Shown in pieces: positions 1 through 20,917 of a DNA stretch of 64,000 nt (its first letter is position 1; each line of letters opens with the position of its first letter). The translations under genes were made by a program, and so were the position numbers. The stretch lies in NCBI RefSeq assembly GCF_009914755.1, contig NC_060941.1; one strand, given 5' to 3'. The notes under the pieces were generated by a model. The model searched no databases and had not been told where the DNA came from. It saw only the letters and a program-made list of their open reading frames with translations. The DNA comes from the human T2T-CHM13v2.0 reference genome, Homo sapiens.

Positions 1-227
1 GTTAACAGCCAACACTCCTACATATGCTAGGCACTGATGAAGTGTTTCATATATTCACTCACCCAAATTTCACAACAATCCTATGAAATGGTAACTAGCA
101 TAATCCCCAGTTTAAAAGGAGGAAATTGAGTCACAGAGCAGAATAACTTGCTCTGGATCACCAAGCTAATAAACAGACCTGGGTTCAAACCCAGGCAGCC
201 TGGCTCCAGAATCAATTCTTAACCACT
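1..227 (-). mobile_element. MIR SINE
   Basis: Reverse complement of MIR core (ctgggttcaaacccaggcagcctggctccaga...cttaaccact). Confidence 0.75.
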
Positions 228-284
228 TAGAGCATCATCACTGAGATCGGGAGAGTGACAGGCTGCTGTAAAGAAGGTGAAGCG

Positions 285-583
<299 letters not shown>

Positions 584-878
584 AGAGGGTGAAGCGAAAA
601 TAGGAGCAGAGCAGCGGTTAAGCAATGATGTGATGGGGTAAATAAGAATGGATAAGAAAACAAGTAAGAGTAAAAGACTGGAGAAAAAGTAAAAGACTGG
701 AGAATGGGTCTAACATTAAAGGAGAATGAGGAGAAGGGAGAATTGACAAGCAAAGGTGAAAGCAGAAAGTCAGTTGTCAGTATGGCTTGGGGAGATAAAG
801 AAGGCCCTGGAAGGCCTCCAGGAAAAGGCTGCCATGTCAGGCAAGACACAGAGGATGATTGAGGAAAGGTGATTCTTA

Positions 879-4832
<3,954 letters not shown>

Positions 4833-4917
4833 TTATGACACCTTTATTTATGCCACATTTATTTGGCTCGGGTCCAGATCTGCTCCATTTTACCATGGCA
4901 ATCTTATGTCACAATCT

Positions 4918-5354
<437 letters not shown>

Positions 5355-6839
5355 CACAATAAAATTGCTGTCATTACTATTATAAAGTACTTCCTGATTT
5401 TGAGCTGAAATCCACTTTCTTGTAATCACCACCCTCTCTTCCAGTTCCGTCTTTTTGGGCCACCTAGAAAAAATACAATCTCTCTTCCTCATGGTCAAAA
5501 TGTTTGGTGCCAGTTTTCATGCCAACAATTTAATTCATCAGACATTTGAAGAGTGATCACTGTACCAGGCAGTAGGCATGCAAAGATAAGTAGGACGAGG
5601 TCCCTGCCTAGCCATACACTCAAAACATTCTTCCACAGGAGGTGTGCTGTAATGAAGGGACCTGACTCCCAGTGCAGGAGAAGGAGGTCCAAATGCAGGT
5701 GTGGCTGGTTCTGCTTACAGAGGTGAGGGAAGGCTTCTCAGAACAGGTGGCAGGCGCTGAGGCCTAAGGGATGAATAGGCCTTCTCCAGGATGACAGGAG
5801 GGGAAGGACTAACAAGCAGAAGCTGCAGGCAGAAGACCACCCTGACACTAACCACTTTCTTCCGCAGGGTACACATCTCCTCTCCTCTTGTCCAACTTTT
5901 GAGTCCTCTCCCAACCCCTCCCAATCTTGGTAACTCCACTCAGAACACACCCTTTCCTGTCACATGATGGCATCTAGAGGGAGCCAGCCCTCCTCCAGGG
6001 TGGTCCGGCCAGTGTGGAGTGGAGTTGGCCGTCACCTTTCTTTTTCTGGAAGCTCTGCTTGGTCCAGACTTGTCTGAGGTTTTTTGGCCTCCACATCCTT
6101 CAGCTGACTCATGCTGGGCCTGCAGGCATCTGGACTGCAAAGTCATTTTTCACACGTGCTCCTGGGAAACCACATCTCTTCGTACTTTGTACTTCTGCTG
6201 TTGTTTTGTTTTCACAATTTTTCATGGGTGTTTTGAAGTTCAATAATTTGATCTATGCAAACTGCTCATCTCAGCTCCTGGTTGGCAGGGGCCTTGTGGA
6301 AGCAAATTGAGCCACCAAAAGAATCCAATTTAGAACACGCCCTGGAAACAGAAACCGTCTGTCATTCTAAGGCCATTGTGGTTGGGAGTGATTCAGACTC
6401 ATTGCAGCTCCTTCCAGCCTTCAAAGATCTCACCGGATAAGAGCCTGGCTTGGATTTGAAGACACCTTCTATGAAGGAAAGGCTTTGGCAGGGGGTGAGG
6501 GGGGTGGGCTGTGATACTTTGTAGGAGCTGAGCACAGACGGAAGGAAATTGGAAGGGGATGTTTGTCTGGCTCCCACCTTCCCCCGTCAGGGAGAATCAG
6601 GCCATTGTCTAGGTAGAACTCTTGGCTTGTTTATCTTCTCAGACCCAGCTTAGAACAAGGTTTCACTCAGTTTTCTTTCCACCCAAAAAATGACCACAGG
6701 AAAGAGTGACTTGCGTTTGCTAAGTGTCCAGTCCGTACTCTCCGTTCCCATTTCTCTGCCTCTTTCTCCCATTATCGGCTTCTAACAGAAAATAAGAAGA
6801 GCAAGCTTCCCTTTGGTCCCATCAAAGATAACATGTAGA

Positions 6840-7090
6840 CATTCATTCATGCGTTCATTCCTTTAACTAGCATTTATTGGGTTCCTACTATGTTCCCAGC
6901 ATTGTTATTGGTACTGGTGACCCTAGTATAAAAGACACAATCCCTGCTGTCAAGAGGTCACAGTTCTGGAAGGAACCCAGCGGTACTGGCAGCAGCGCTA
7001 GTGGGGAATGGGAGCACATAGAAGAGGCATTTGACTCAGCTTTGGAAAGAATTGGAAAAGGCTTTAAAGTAGAGTAAAAGTTTGCCAGAA
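6840..7090 (-). mobile_element. L2 LINE 3' fragment
   Basis: attcattcat...catttattgggttcctactatgttcccagcattgt. Confidence 0.6.
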
Positions 7091-7099
7091 AGAATAATC

Positions 7100-7255
7100 A
7101 TTATTACAGCTTTTTTAAAGCGTCTTCTACATGCCAAGCACTGTGCTAAAATCTCCCTATATATATTGTTTTATTTTAATCCTCACAACTCTAAGAGGTC
7201 ACTACTGTAATTATTCCAACTTCACAAATGAAGAAAGTGAGATTTAGCAAGGTCG
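7100..7255 (-). mobile_element. MIR SINE
   Basis: tttaatcctcacaac...acaaatgaagaaagtgaga. Confidence 0.6.
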
Positions 7256-7259
7256 CCTT

Positions 7260-7875
7260 GGTGGGGCATGGCTGCTCACACCTATAATCCCAGGATTTGG
7301 GAAGCCGAGGCAGGAGGATCACTTGAGTTTAGGGGTTTGAGGCCAGCTTGGGCAACATAGTGAGTCCTCTGTCTCTACAAAAAGAAAAAAAAATAGCTGG
7401 ATATGGTAGCATGCACTTGTGGACCTAGCTACTTGGGAGGCTGAGGTGGGAGGATGGCTTGAGCCCGGGAGGTTGAGGCTGCAGTGAGCTGTGATCATGC
7501 CATTACACTCTAGTCTGGGTGACAGAGCGAGACCCTGTCTCAAATAAATAAATAAATAGGCTGGGCACGTGACTCAGGCCTGTAATCCCAGCACTTTGGG
7601 AGGCCAAGGCAGGTGTATCGCTTGAGGTCAGGCATTCAAGACCATCCTGACCAAAATGGTGAAACCCCATCTCTACTAAAAATACAAAAATTAGCTGGGC
7701 ATGGTGGCACATGCCTGTAGTCCCAGATACTCAGGAGGCTGAAGAAGGAGAGTCACTTGAACCCAGGAGGCAGAGGTTGCACTAAGCCAAGCTCGCATCA
7801 CTGCACTCCAGCCTGGGTGACAGAGTGACACACTGTCTCAAAAAAATACTAATAATAAATAAATAAATAAATAAA
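7260..7875 (+). mobile_element. Two tandem Alus (7260-7558, 7559-7875) with (AAAT)n tails
   Basis: Two complete dimeric Alu bodies. Confidence 0.93.
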
Positions 7876-8185
7876 GTCAACCTGCTCACCTCTTCACTAA
7901 GAATGAATAGCAGAAATGAGAAATAGATGCAGCTTTTCCTGACTGTGTAGCCCATTCTCTTACCCAAGGCTGCTATTTACAGTCGTGCAGGTTGTACATT
8001 GCACAATTCCAATGCTGGCCCTGCACTCAATAAGCCATTATAGATGGGAAGGGTATCCAGGCAGAAGGGGCCTACTTTGCAGAAATATGAAAAAGCAACC
8101 TATATTCAGGGAACTGACCCCATACAGCCATGTCAGAGGCTACAGAACTCCTTGAAGATGGGCAGCTCCTCTGCACCTCCAGTGA

Positions 8186-8562
<377 letters not shown>

Positions 8563-9126
8563 AGGCTTTGCATTTGGTGTAGAGACCCAATCCTTCCTTC
8601 TTACAGAGCTATGGAGCTCTCAGCAGGATGTGCATACTTCTGAACTGTTGACCATGCAAACATTCAAGCACAGAGGATGCAGGAGGTCCTGAGTCTCCAA
8701 ACTGCTCAGTGTCCTATGAATGGCCAATCAGTTTCTCATGCATAGGCACCAAACATAACCTGCCAAACAAGCCAGTTCAATATCTAAGCCACCCCAACTT
8801 CTTTGCAGAAGTCGTTTCAGTAGCAAAGAATGGTCTGAGAAAAATAGGCACAACCAGGGTGAATGCCTACAACACTCCAGGTGCTCAGCAAACGTGATCT
8901 CTTCCACTCTCACAGCTTTATGAGACATCATCTTTCATTTTGCTGATGAGGAAACTGAGGTTCAGGGATCAGGTAACTTACCTAGGTTACGTGTGCAACA
9001 AGCAGCCACGATTCTCACCAGAATCTTTCTAGTGGCACAGCCTCTATGCTTCTATCCTAATGTTGGCTTTCAAAAGGTACCCGGAAAAGGGCAGGAAACA
9101 GCTTACATGGCTCCTAAAATGCCTGA

Positions 9127-9457
<331 letters not shown>

Positions 9458-10253
9458 CTCTACTAAGGTACCCAGAAAAGGGCAGGAAACAGCTTATATG
9501 GTTCCTAAAGTGCCTGAGAGCATGTATGTGGCAGAATCTCTCTCTATTTTTAATTTTATGTATTTTTCTAGAACCTATGTCATCAATCTCAGAGCTCAGA
9601 GACCCCTCCTCAGGTGGAGAGGCTGCTTCCAGACATCATTCCACCACAGCCTTTTCTCACTGTGCAATAGTTTGGTGTTGACAGAGTAGAATAAATTATT
9701 AAATGCTTTTCTGGAATTGATTTGACTCCAAGGGTCTTTGTGTTAAAATAATTTCCTATATCAAATAGGGTTCTTGGTTGTGCCTGACTCTGACTAACTT
9801 AAGGGGGGTAGGGAGTGGAACTTATTGGAAAGATACAGAGCGAGAAAGAGTCTTTTTAAAAAAATGCTGTAATAATAGGGACGAGAACCAGGGTAGCTCT
9901 GGGGAAGGAAGTCACAGAAGTTAAAGGTTGGTTCTTCAGGATGTCATTATCAGGATGTTTCAGCTCTGACTCCTTTCTGCCCTTATTCACACACCCAGCT
10001 AGAGTTCGAGTTACCCGCCATACCATGGCACACAGAGAACAAGACATCATGCCTGACAATTCCCCTAAAGCTTCAAGCAAAAAGTAAGGGGCAATCTCTA
10101 AAGCAAAATCAAGGTAATGCTACATGGAGAAAGGGAAATAGATCTGGCACTCTGACAGCATTTGTTTTTGCTTGACCAGGTTCTACTGAGGCAGGTAATA
10201 CAAGCTGGGCATGTGAATAAGGGCAGAAAAAAGCAGGAGCTGATATAACCTGA

Positions 10254-10611
<358 letters not shown>

Positions 10612-10674
10612 CAGGCTAAATTATTTCAATTTAATGTACTGGAGGTTTGAAAATTAATACTTAAAAAGAAACTT

Positions 10675-11020
10675 GTCTAATGTTTCAGAGTTTCAGTTTG
10701 GAACGATAAAAACGTTCTGGAGATGGATGGTGGTGATGGTTACACAACAATGTGAGTGTACTTAATGTCACTGAACCACACATTTAAAAATGGTTAATAT
10801 GGTAAATTTTATGTTATGTATATTTTACCACAATTTGAAAAATCACAACAACCTTAAGAAAGAGAGAAAGTTACTAAATGATATGTGGTATCCTGGAAAA
10901 GAATACAATCTATAGTTTAGTTAATATCATTGTACCAATGTTAATGTCTTAATTTTGATAAATGTGTCATAGCTATATAAGATTTTTAACATTAGGGCAA
11001 ACTGGGTTCAAAGTATAAGG
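10675..11020 (+). mobile_element. Old L1M 3' fragments
   Basis: gttctggagatggatggtggtgatggttacacaacaatgtgagtgtacttaatgtcactgaa; resumes at ~11940-12015 after an Alu cluster. Confidence 0.75.
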
Positions 11021-11021
11021 G

Positions 11022-11930
<909 letters not shown>

Positions 11931-12156
11931 CACAACTGAATGAATATATGGGACTCTTTACTATCATGCAACTTTTCTGTTAATCTAAAATTATTTCAAA
12001 ATAAAAAGTTTATTTTAATAAGGAAACTACATTATAAACATTTTAATAAATAACTTTTATAAATGACGTTCAATTCGTGAGGGTTTTCAACATGTAAACT
12101 AATTTTGTGGAAGACGTCCACATTGTTCCATAAAATGAATAAGAAATGTTCTTACC

Positions 12157-12509
<353 letters not shown>

Positions 12510-13249
12510 TCATCTGAGTCTTCAGTTCCCTCTGCCTTGATAGTACAGTCAATAGAATGTTCCTTCTCAGAATCCAAGCCACATAGACTCAGAACTGATG
12601 GAATTAAAACTGTACAAATCCAGGACAATCACACACCACATACCTCTCCAGGTGATGCAACACGAGGCACACCATGTCACTTCTAAGGTAATCATCCCCA
12701 AAATGTTTAACTTGAATCTTATTAAGGCTTTAGGTTCCATTTTGGGGGGAATACAGGAGATCAACGAAGAAGTTTTGTGACACCATGAGGAGAGAAGTCT
12801 GCAAGCTCAGAGTCTGGGGCAGACCGGAAGACAACTGGTGTGGTCTCTGGAAACAAGTCTAAGTTGTATTCTTTAGAGAAGTTTGGCCATGAAGGGAGCA
12901 GAAAAATGAGGAAGTAGGAGCTAAGAGGAGTCATGGGTGGGCTTTTTTCTGTTCTTAATTTCCAGTCTTTCATCAGCAGGGGATCAGTAAGATCCTGAGC
13001 CTGAGCCAGGCATGGATGAGGGAAATGTCCCTGTCTTCTTTCCCTGTTCTTGTTCTGTGTCATTTGTTGCTTCTTCTGTGCATTATATGGTCATGTTCGA
13101 TATTAGAACATTTCCTTCTTATATCAGGGGTTCTAATTTAATCTGCAGAGCATTTTGTCCGGCTGGCTGTGTGCTCCATAAATACTGAATAAAAGAATCG
13201 AAAAAGTCAAAGTTGTGAATGAAGTGGAGATGAACGGAGCATTAAGAGT

Positions 13250-13607
13250 CAGGCTGGCACTACTAAGGTGAGGTGAGTGAGGCACTTAAGTGCAAAATTT
13301 AAGAGAATGCCCAAAAACTCATTGATCAAGAGCAATACAATTTTAATGCAATATTTTCAAAATCAAAATTAATATAAAAACCCATGGTGAACAAAATATC
13401 AGAAGTTTAAAGAGCCTACATTTGTACAACCCTGCCTCATTCATCTCATGCTAATCCCAGCCCCGTAAAACTTTTCCTGCAAAAACATGCAGCTGGCCTA
13501 CAGGCATAGGTAGCTCATTTGACTTTTTGAAATATTGCATTACAATATTATTACTCTTGATTACTGAGTTTTCTGGGGCCTTTTTAACTCATCTCATCCT
13601 AGCCCTG
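13250..13607. mobile_element. Non-autonomous hAT-like DNA transposon remnants (two, inverted)
   Basis: caggctggcactactaaggtgaggtgagtgaggcacttaagtgcaaaatttaag start and ...cccagccccg / ...cctagccctg ends. Confidence 0.5.
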
Positions 13608-13814
13608 ACATTGCTTAAGTTCTGTATATGACTCAAAGAAACAATAGCCATAAAAGACATTTTGGGGATAAAAGGAAGAAATGGTATAAGACAACATTGG
13701 GGAATACTGTTAACATTTAGGTGATAATGACATTGTGATTGTGTAGAAGACGTCCTTGCTTTTTTGGAGATGATGTCAGCAAAACTTATAGATGATATGT
13801 AAATGAAACAAACT

Positions 13815-14106
13815 GGCTGGGGGTGATGGCTCCCGCCTGTAATCCCAGCAATTTGGGAGGCTGAGGTGGGTGGATCACTTGAGGCCATGAGTTCGAGAAC
13901 AGCCTGGCCAACATGGAGAAACCCTGTTTGCACTAAAAAAAAAAAATACAAAAATTAGCCCGGCATGATGGCGCACACCTGTAATCCCAGCTACTCGGGA
14001 GGTTTGAGGCATGAGAATTGCTTTAACCCAGGAGGCAGAGGTTGCAGTGAGCCGAGATTGTGCCACTGCAGTTCAGCCTGGGTGAAAATGTGACTTTGTC
14101 TCAAAA
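13815..14106 (+). mobile_element. Alu inserted in an old L1 fragment (~13610-14225)
   Basis: Full Alu body. Confidence 0.9.
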
Positions 14107-14654
14107 GGAAACAAACAGGTAAAATTTTAATAATTGAATTTTGTTCCTGGGTACATATAGGTATTCATTGCACTATTCTTTCTAAGTTTCCAGGTGTTTA
14201 ACATTTTTTATGATAAAACATTTTTAGACACTTATATAAGCCAAACTTTTATAACAATGTAATAGACTGCAGACCATCTAGAAGAGGCTAATTCATTACT
14301 ACATAGCTGGGTGGTGAGGATGGAGGTAACTCACTTGCCCTAAAACTAACCCTAACCCAGTCCTCCTCCTTCCAATGCCTGCTGCCTCACATGTAGCCTG
14401 TCTTTGTTCCAGGCCCAGGAGGAGCTGGGGGTAAGAGCACAATCAAGTTTCAGTTTAGCTACTCAGAATCCAGATTAATGAATATCATTTCAGGCAGTTC
14501 CGCTTTGTCTGTCCTTTTCCTGGTATCTCCCCAGAGATGTCCAATGTAAGACAGGCCAGCCTCATATCAGACATAGAGAAAAGGCAAATGTGAACTTTTT
14601 TATTACACAGAACAGACAGACTGTCACAAATGGGCCTCAGGTGACACAGTAGCA

Positions 14655-14791
14655 TGACCTGAGTACTTGCTGCAACTCCTGGGGCCTCATCTCAGACCTA
14701 CTGAATCTGAAACTCAGCGTGTGGCCCAGCAATCTGTGTTTAACAAGTCCTGTAGGAGATTCTGATGCACACCAAAGTCTGAAAACCACAG
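14655..14791. mobile_element. MER5A-like hAT-Charlie MITE
   Basis: cagacctactgaatctgaaactc...cccagcaatctgtgtttaacaag...gattctgatgcacaccaaagtctgaaaaccac. Confidence 0.8.
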
Positions 14792-15104
14792 ATGCAAAGA
14801 GACACACAAGTGCATATGAATAGGCTTGTTTCATTTGGTCCTTCCATTTTATCAGTATGTAGCCTGTGTTTCATTATACCTGTGGTGGATGTGTTAAAAA
14901 GAGTTCTACAATGACACTCTCGTGCATAATTCTCAGAGAGAGCTTCCATTAGTGTGCTCAGGAACCTGCAGGAAAGCGTTTCACAAAAGTGCCAGTGTCA
15001 CTTTAAGGAGCCACTCTGACTAGAGATGAACCCAAGGATCACGGGCTGTTGCCAAATCTGTGGTGTCTTCTGACCTTGCTTGTCTTTTTGAGCTTGGTCA
15101 TGTT

Positions 15105-15272
15105 TTGCACGGAGCCATGGAGGCCCGTATAGTCTAGGTGTCTTACAGGCATTTTCAAGTTTTTACGAGGCCTCAAACTATATAAAATATATATAAAATA
15201 TTTTGAAGCCTCAGAAAAACTTGAAAATGCCTGTAAGACACCTACACTACAGGTCTCCATGGCTCTCTGCAA
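15105..15272. repeat. Inverted repeat (foldback), ~70-bp arms with AT-rich loop
   Basis: 15135-15164 is the exact reverse complement of 15215-15244. Confidence 0.95.
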
Positions 15273-16330
15273 CTATTTTATAGTTGCTTTAATTTATAAA
15301 AGCTTCCCAGCTGATGTTTATATGCAGCCTGGATTGAGAATCACTGCTCTAGTGTCTCTGACAAGTGAATATCTTTGATAAAAGAGTAAAGAAATCTTTG
15401 TTTCTTTCTGTTTCATACACACACAAACACACACACATTTGATAGGTATATATATAGAAGAAACAGAAACAAAGAGAGCTCATTGAGGACATTAGGAGCA
15501 GGCTTTTGGATGGGGTGGTGTGCTTCATCCAGTGGCGCCCCCAGTTGGGCCCTGCTTCTACTTGCAGCTCCACACACTGCACAGGGAGGCCTACAGCAGC
15601 CACTGGCTCCCCTCCATCCCCTAGACCACAGCAGCCTCCATCTGGCCTCAAAACATGGAGCTGTTGCTGCCCCCAGCCACAGCTGGCCCAGCTGCATTCA
15701 CGTTACCCATTTGGCCTTCACAAGATTTAGGCAGAAGATAAACACAGATGGGGCAGGTGAGCAGCAGGAAGGCCAGGTGCGCTGAAATTCCATCGAGGCA
15801 GGAAGTGCAAGTGCTGCACTATTTGAAGACACTTTATCTAAAAACAATCAAAAAGCAATTCTTCTCACTGGATCTGGACCCCCCTCAGGTGGAGATGGTT
15901 CTCCCCAACTGGGAGCCTGGGCGTTTTCATGAGTGGGCCACTTTCATCAGGTGCAGGAGGCTGCAGGCTCCTCAGAGGGTGCATCTTCAAGGGGGGGGTC
16001 AGAAAATGCCACCTTCTAAAATAAAAATGAAAATGAATCATGTGCATAAACTATGCTAAATGATGACTTGGAATCGTGCTTCTGGGGTTTCTCTAATATC
16101 AGTAAGGGGACTAGAACGTGACATAAATTGTGTTTCAGGGATTGTTGTAGGCCTGAGTTAATGCATCCCTGTTGTGATGGACATTTGTCAATGTTTGTGG
16201 CAGCCTAGCATCCATGCCCTCCCTCTATTTGGGGGAAATTCCCACTCTGTCAGTCACAGCAAGCTACCCCTCCCTCTAGGGAAGTAGGAAGGTCTAGAGA
16301 CTAACCTCTTCCCCAGCACGCTTTTAGTTA

Positions 16331-16942
<612 letters not shown>

Positions 16943-17264
16943 TCAAATATACAGTACATTATTATCAATCATAGTCCCCATACTGTACAGCTTATCCCTA
17001 TCGTCATTCTTCACCTTCTAATAATGTTTGTTGCTTCTTACATATTTTGAAGCCTCATAGAAACTTGAAACTATTTAATTCAAAGTGGCCTCTTAGTCTC
17101 TTTTCTGCTTACGATAATCGGAGTGGTTTTCTGCTGCTTGCAACCAACAATTGACTATATAGACATGTTTGGGAGGCATAATATAATGCTGATTTTTTAG
17201 GTGTTGTAGGGATACCAAGATGAATGCAGTCTGGAATGCACTACACACAGCGCATGAGAATACG

Positions 17265-17385
17265 GGCTCCGTAGTGAGACAGGCTTCAGTTCACCTCTTG
17301 CCTCTGCCACTTACTAGCTGGGTGACCTTTCACCTGGTCTTTTATCATTGCTGGGTTTCATTTCCTCGTCTGTAAAATGGAGTTA
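17265..17385 (+). mobile_element. MIR SINE, 5' half
   Basis: ctctgccacttactagctgggtgacctt...tttcctcgtctgtaaaatgg. Confidence 0.75.
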
Positions 17386-17390
17386 CTAAA

Positions 17391-17477
17391 TGGTCTTGAA
17401 CTCCTGACCTCAGGTGATCCACCCGCCTCAGCCTCCCAAAGTGCTGGGATTACAGGCGTGAGCCACCGCTCCTGGCC
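17391..17477 (-). mobile_element. Alu 5'-end fragment
   Basis: Only the first ~87 nt of an Alu are present. Confidence 0.9.
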
Positions 17478-18234
17478 TTGATAATGATTCTTAACTTCAA
17501 GGAATTTATAATCTTGTAGGTCTGGCTCATATTCACTAGTTCTTTTCAAACTTCCATGGTAGAGATTCAAGGACAACTGATGCTGTAACAAAAGGCAATC
17601 ACTAATTGGGGTCTAGAAATGGAGAGCCAAAGCATAAGGCCACGTGTCAGTCATTCAACAAATAAGACCCACAGATATGTATTCAGATGCTTATTGAGCT
17701 CCTATTATATGCCATGACCTTACTAAGGATGATTTCAGTGGTCTCTAATGGTGAAAAGAAAGCTGTATGTAGAAGAAATATGCACTAAAAGAAAACAAGG
17801 TTAATTTTCCAGCCTAAAAGAAGTGAATTCCTCTCAAAACCAAGCTCTTTCTTTTGTCATCAAATGGGCTTCTGAATACTCACTAATTTACTTTCCCAGG
17901 GACCTCACAGTCAGGAAGTAGACATCCTCTAAGTGTAGTTATTAGGAATCCTGTTCCAGGTGCTGGCCTTCCATGAAAAATTAAGTTTCTAAACTTGCAA
18001 AGATAAAGACCAGATCCAACACTGACGGTTGACCTCACCAAGAAGCAGAAAACCTGTGAAACCTATCCTGCCCAGATACACCATATACTCAAATACTTTT
18101 TGAGCTCATCTTGTGTGTCTGGCGTCAGGCTAAGCACAGGGAATATCACAGTGAATCAACTAGGATGGCCCCTGCTGTCTTGGTGCTTACTCTGTGTTGA
18201 GGAAGGGAGATGCTTACCAAATAATTACACAGTC

Positions 18235-18536
<302 letters not shown>

Positions 18537-18917
18537 TCATGTAATGACAAACTGTCTTAAGTACCCTGCAGGAGATGTTTAGGGATTTATGAGATCATGT
18601 AATAGGGAACACTGATCTAGTCTAGAGAGTTAGGGAGGGTTTTGATGAGTAGGAGCATACCTGAGCTTTGGTCTTAATGATGAGTAGTGGTTGACTATGT
18701 GGAGAGGGGAGGAAGGAATAGGTAAGCCAGAGAAAACATAGATAAAGGCCCTCTGGTGAGAGAGAGCAAGGCCTGGGTACCCACCTTCTAAAGTGTTGTG
18801 GGAAACATATGCAGCATTACCTGCAATACACAATAAATGTTAGTGGATGGAACAAATAATAAGCTAATAAAAACTAACTTTTTCTTAGGCTTATTATATT
18901 CTAAGAACTTTTAAAAT

Positions 18918-19300
18918 GTATTAGGTTAATTAACACTAGCTACTGTAGCAAAGAATCCCCAAATCTGTGTGGCTTAATGCAATAAGGATTCATTTCTCCC
19001 TCACCTCACAGTGAATGTGAGTTGGGCAGCCCTCTCGGGCAATCTCCTTCTAGCTGTGACTCAGGGATCCACGCACTTTCTATCTTGTAGCTCCATAACC
19101 CCCCTCCAGAGCCTTCTTGAAGTTCTCTCCTAGATCTTTTCTATGTGATTGCCCAACTAGTGTGGAAGATAGTGTGGGACACTTTGGGAACAGGCTTGTA
19201 AGTGACATACATCACATCTACCCCTGTCAAATGGCCAGAACCACGTCAACCTGGTCCTAATGTGATTGCCGCAGAGGCCATGAAAGGTAGCTGTCCTGTG
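18918..19300 (-). mobile_element. MaLR MLT1-type LTR
   Basis: tgtattagg...ctactgtagcaaagaatccccaaatctgtgtggcttaa. Confidence 0.6.
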
Positions 19301-20093
19301 TGTGGCATGACTCCAGAACAAGGTCTCTTAACCATACCCAATATTTGCCAAGAAATCTGTATCAGGAATCAGACTTAAGTGCTTATATGACAAGCTGCTA
19401 TTCTGGATGAAACACAAACAGAATTAGATAGAAATGGTCACCAGTTTTGGGAGCTTACACCCAAAGAGCCAGCTCTGGCCAGGAAACTCGACAATTTAGA
19501 GCACATTCTGTTGAAGATCATTAAACCCAGGCGGTGATTGGCAACTGCCTGGGAGTGGAGAGGGGGCCAAGGGAGAGATTTCACATTTCTCAGGGTGCTT
19601 GTGTAGTCTGGATAGGCATATTCTAAGATGACCATTGTTTTAATATGTTTTTAGTCATATCACATTTATTTTGAAGTTTTGAATAAAATTGGGGTGAGGG
19701 ATGGAAGGAAATATTTATATTTTCAAAGGAGATTCCAAGAAGGTTGAGAAACTACAGACCAGGAAAGGGAAGGGAATTATTTACCAGGGGCTGAACTTAT
19801 ATGTGTTGGGGGAAAAGAAAGGAATCATAAAGGTATGATTTCTTCTCTTTCTCCTTCCCCGAGCCTGAACACATTTCACATTTTCTAAACTTGATGGGAA
19901 TTTCCTCTTCAATCTCTGGCCTTGGAGAGAGAAAATTGGGGAAAGAGAAGACCAGGAATGAAAAATTGGAGGGAAAGAATGAAGGAAACTCTTGAATAAA
20001 AGAAAGTTGCTTAGAACATAGGGGAGGAGAAGATATCATCAAAAGCCAAACTCCAGACTTAAGTTTAAGTGTTAGAAAATGTTCCTGAAAGGT

Positions 20094-20524
<431 letters not shown>

Positions 20525-20917
20525 TTAGAGATTTGGAATGGTGAGAGTAAACAGTGATTAACAAAAAGTAGGTAAGGCTTAGTGAGGGTTCCCACTCACA
20601 TAATTTGCCATGTGAATTTCATCTGCTATTGTCACAACATTCCCATGGAACATGCACCCCTGTCGGTCCCATCTGCCAAAAATCACACTGTTAGTAAGTG
20701 GCCAAGCTGGGATTTGAGCGGTCCTTCTGGTTCCAGAGTCCAAGCTAGAGTTAGATGTGCCTGAGCTGTATAATGGCTTAATTAATTGTTGGTGTTTATG
20801 AAGTGGAAATACACATAGTACAATCAGTTAATTAGTTTTCTTCACAGCCTGAACATTAAATATTTTCCCCTTTACCTTTGCTCTGGTCTCCCACTTGGAG
20901 AGAGAATCTTTGCATTC

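Noticed and set aside
15349-16059. Cluster of ~100-aa ORFs in moderately GC-rich unique DNA
   Set aside because: No recognisable homology, mostly non-ATG starts, and overlapping in several frames
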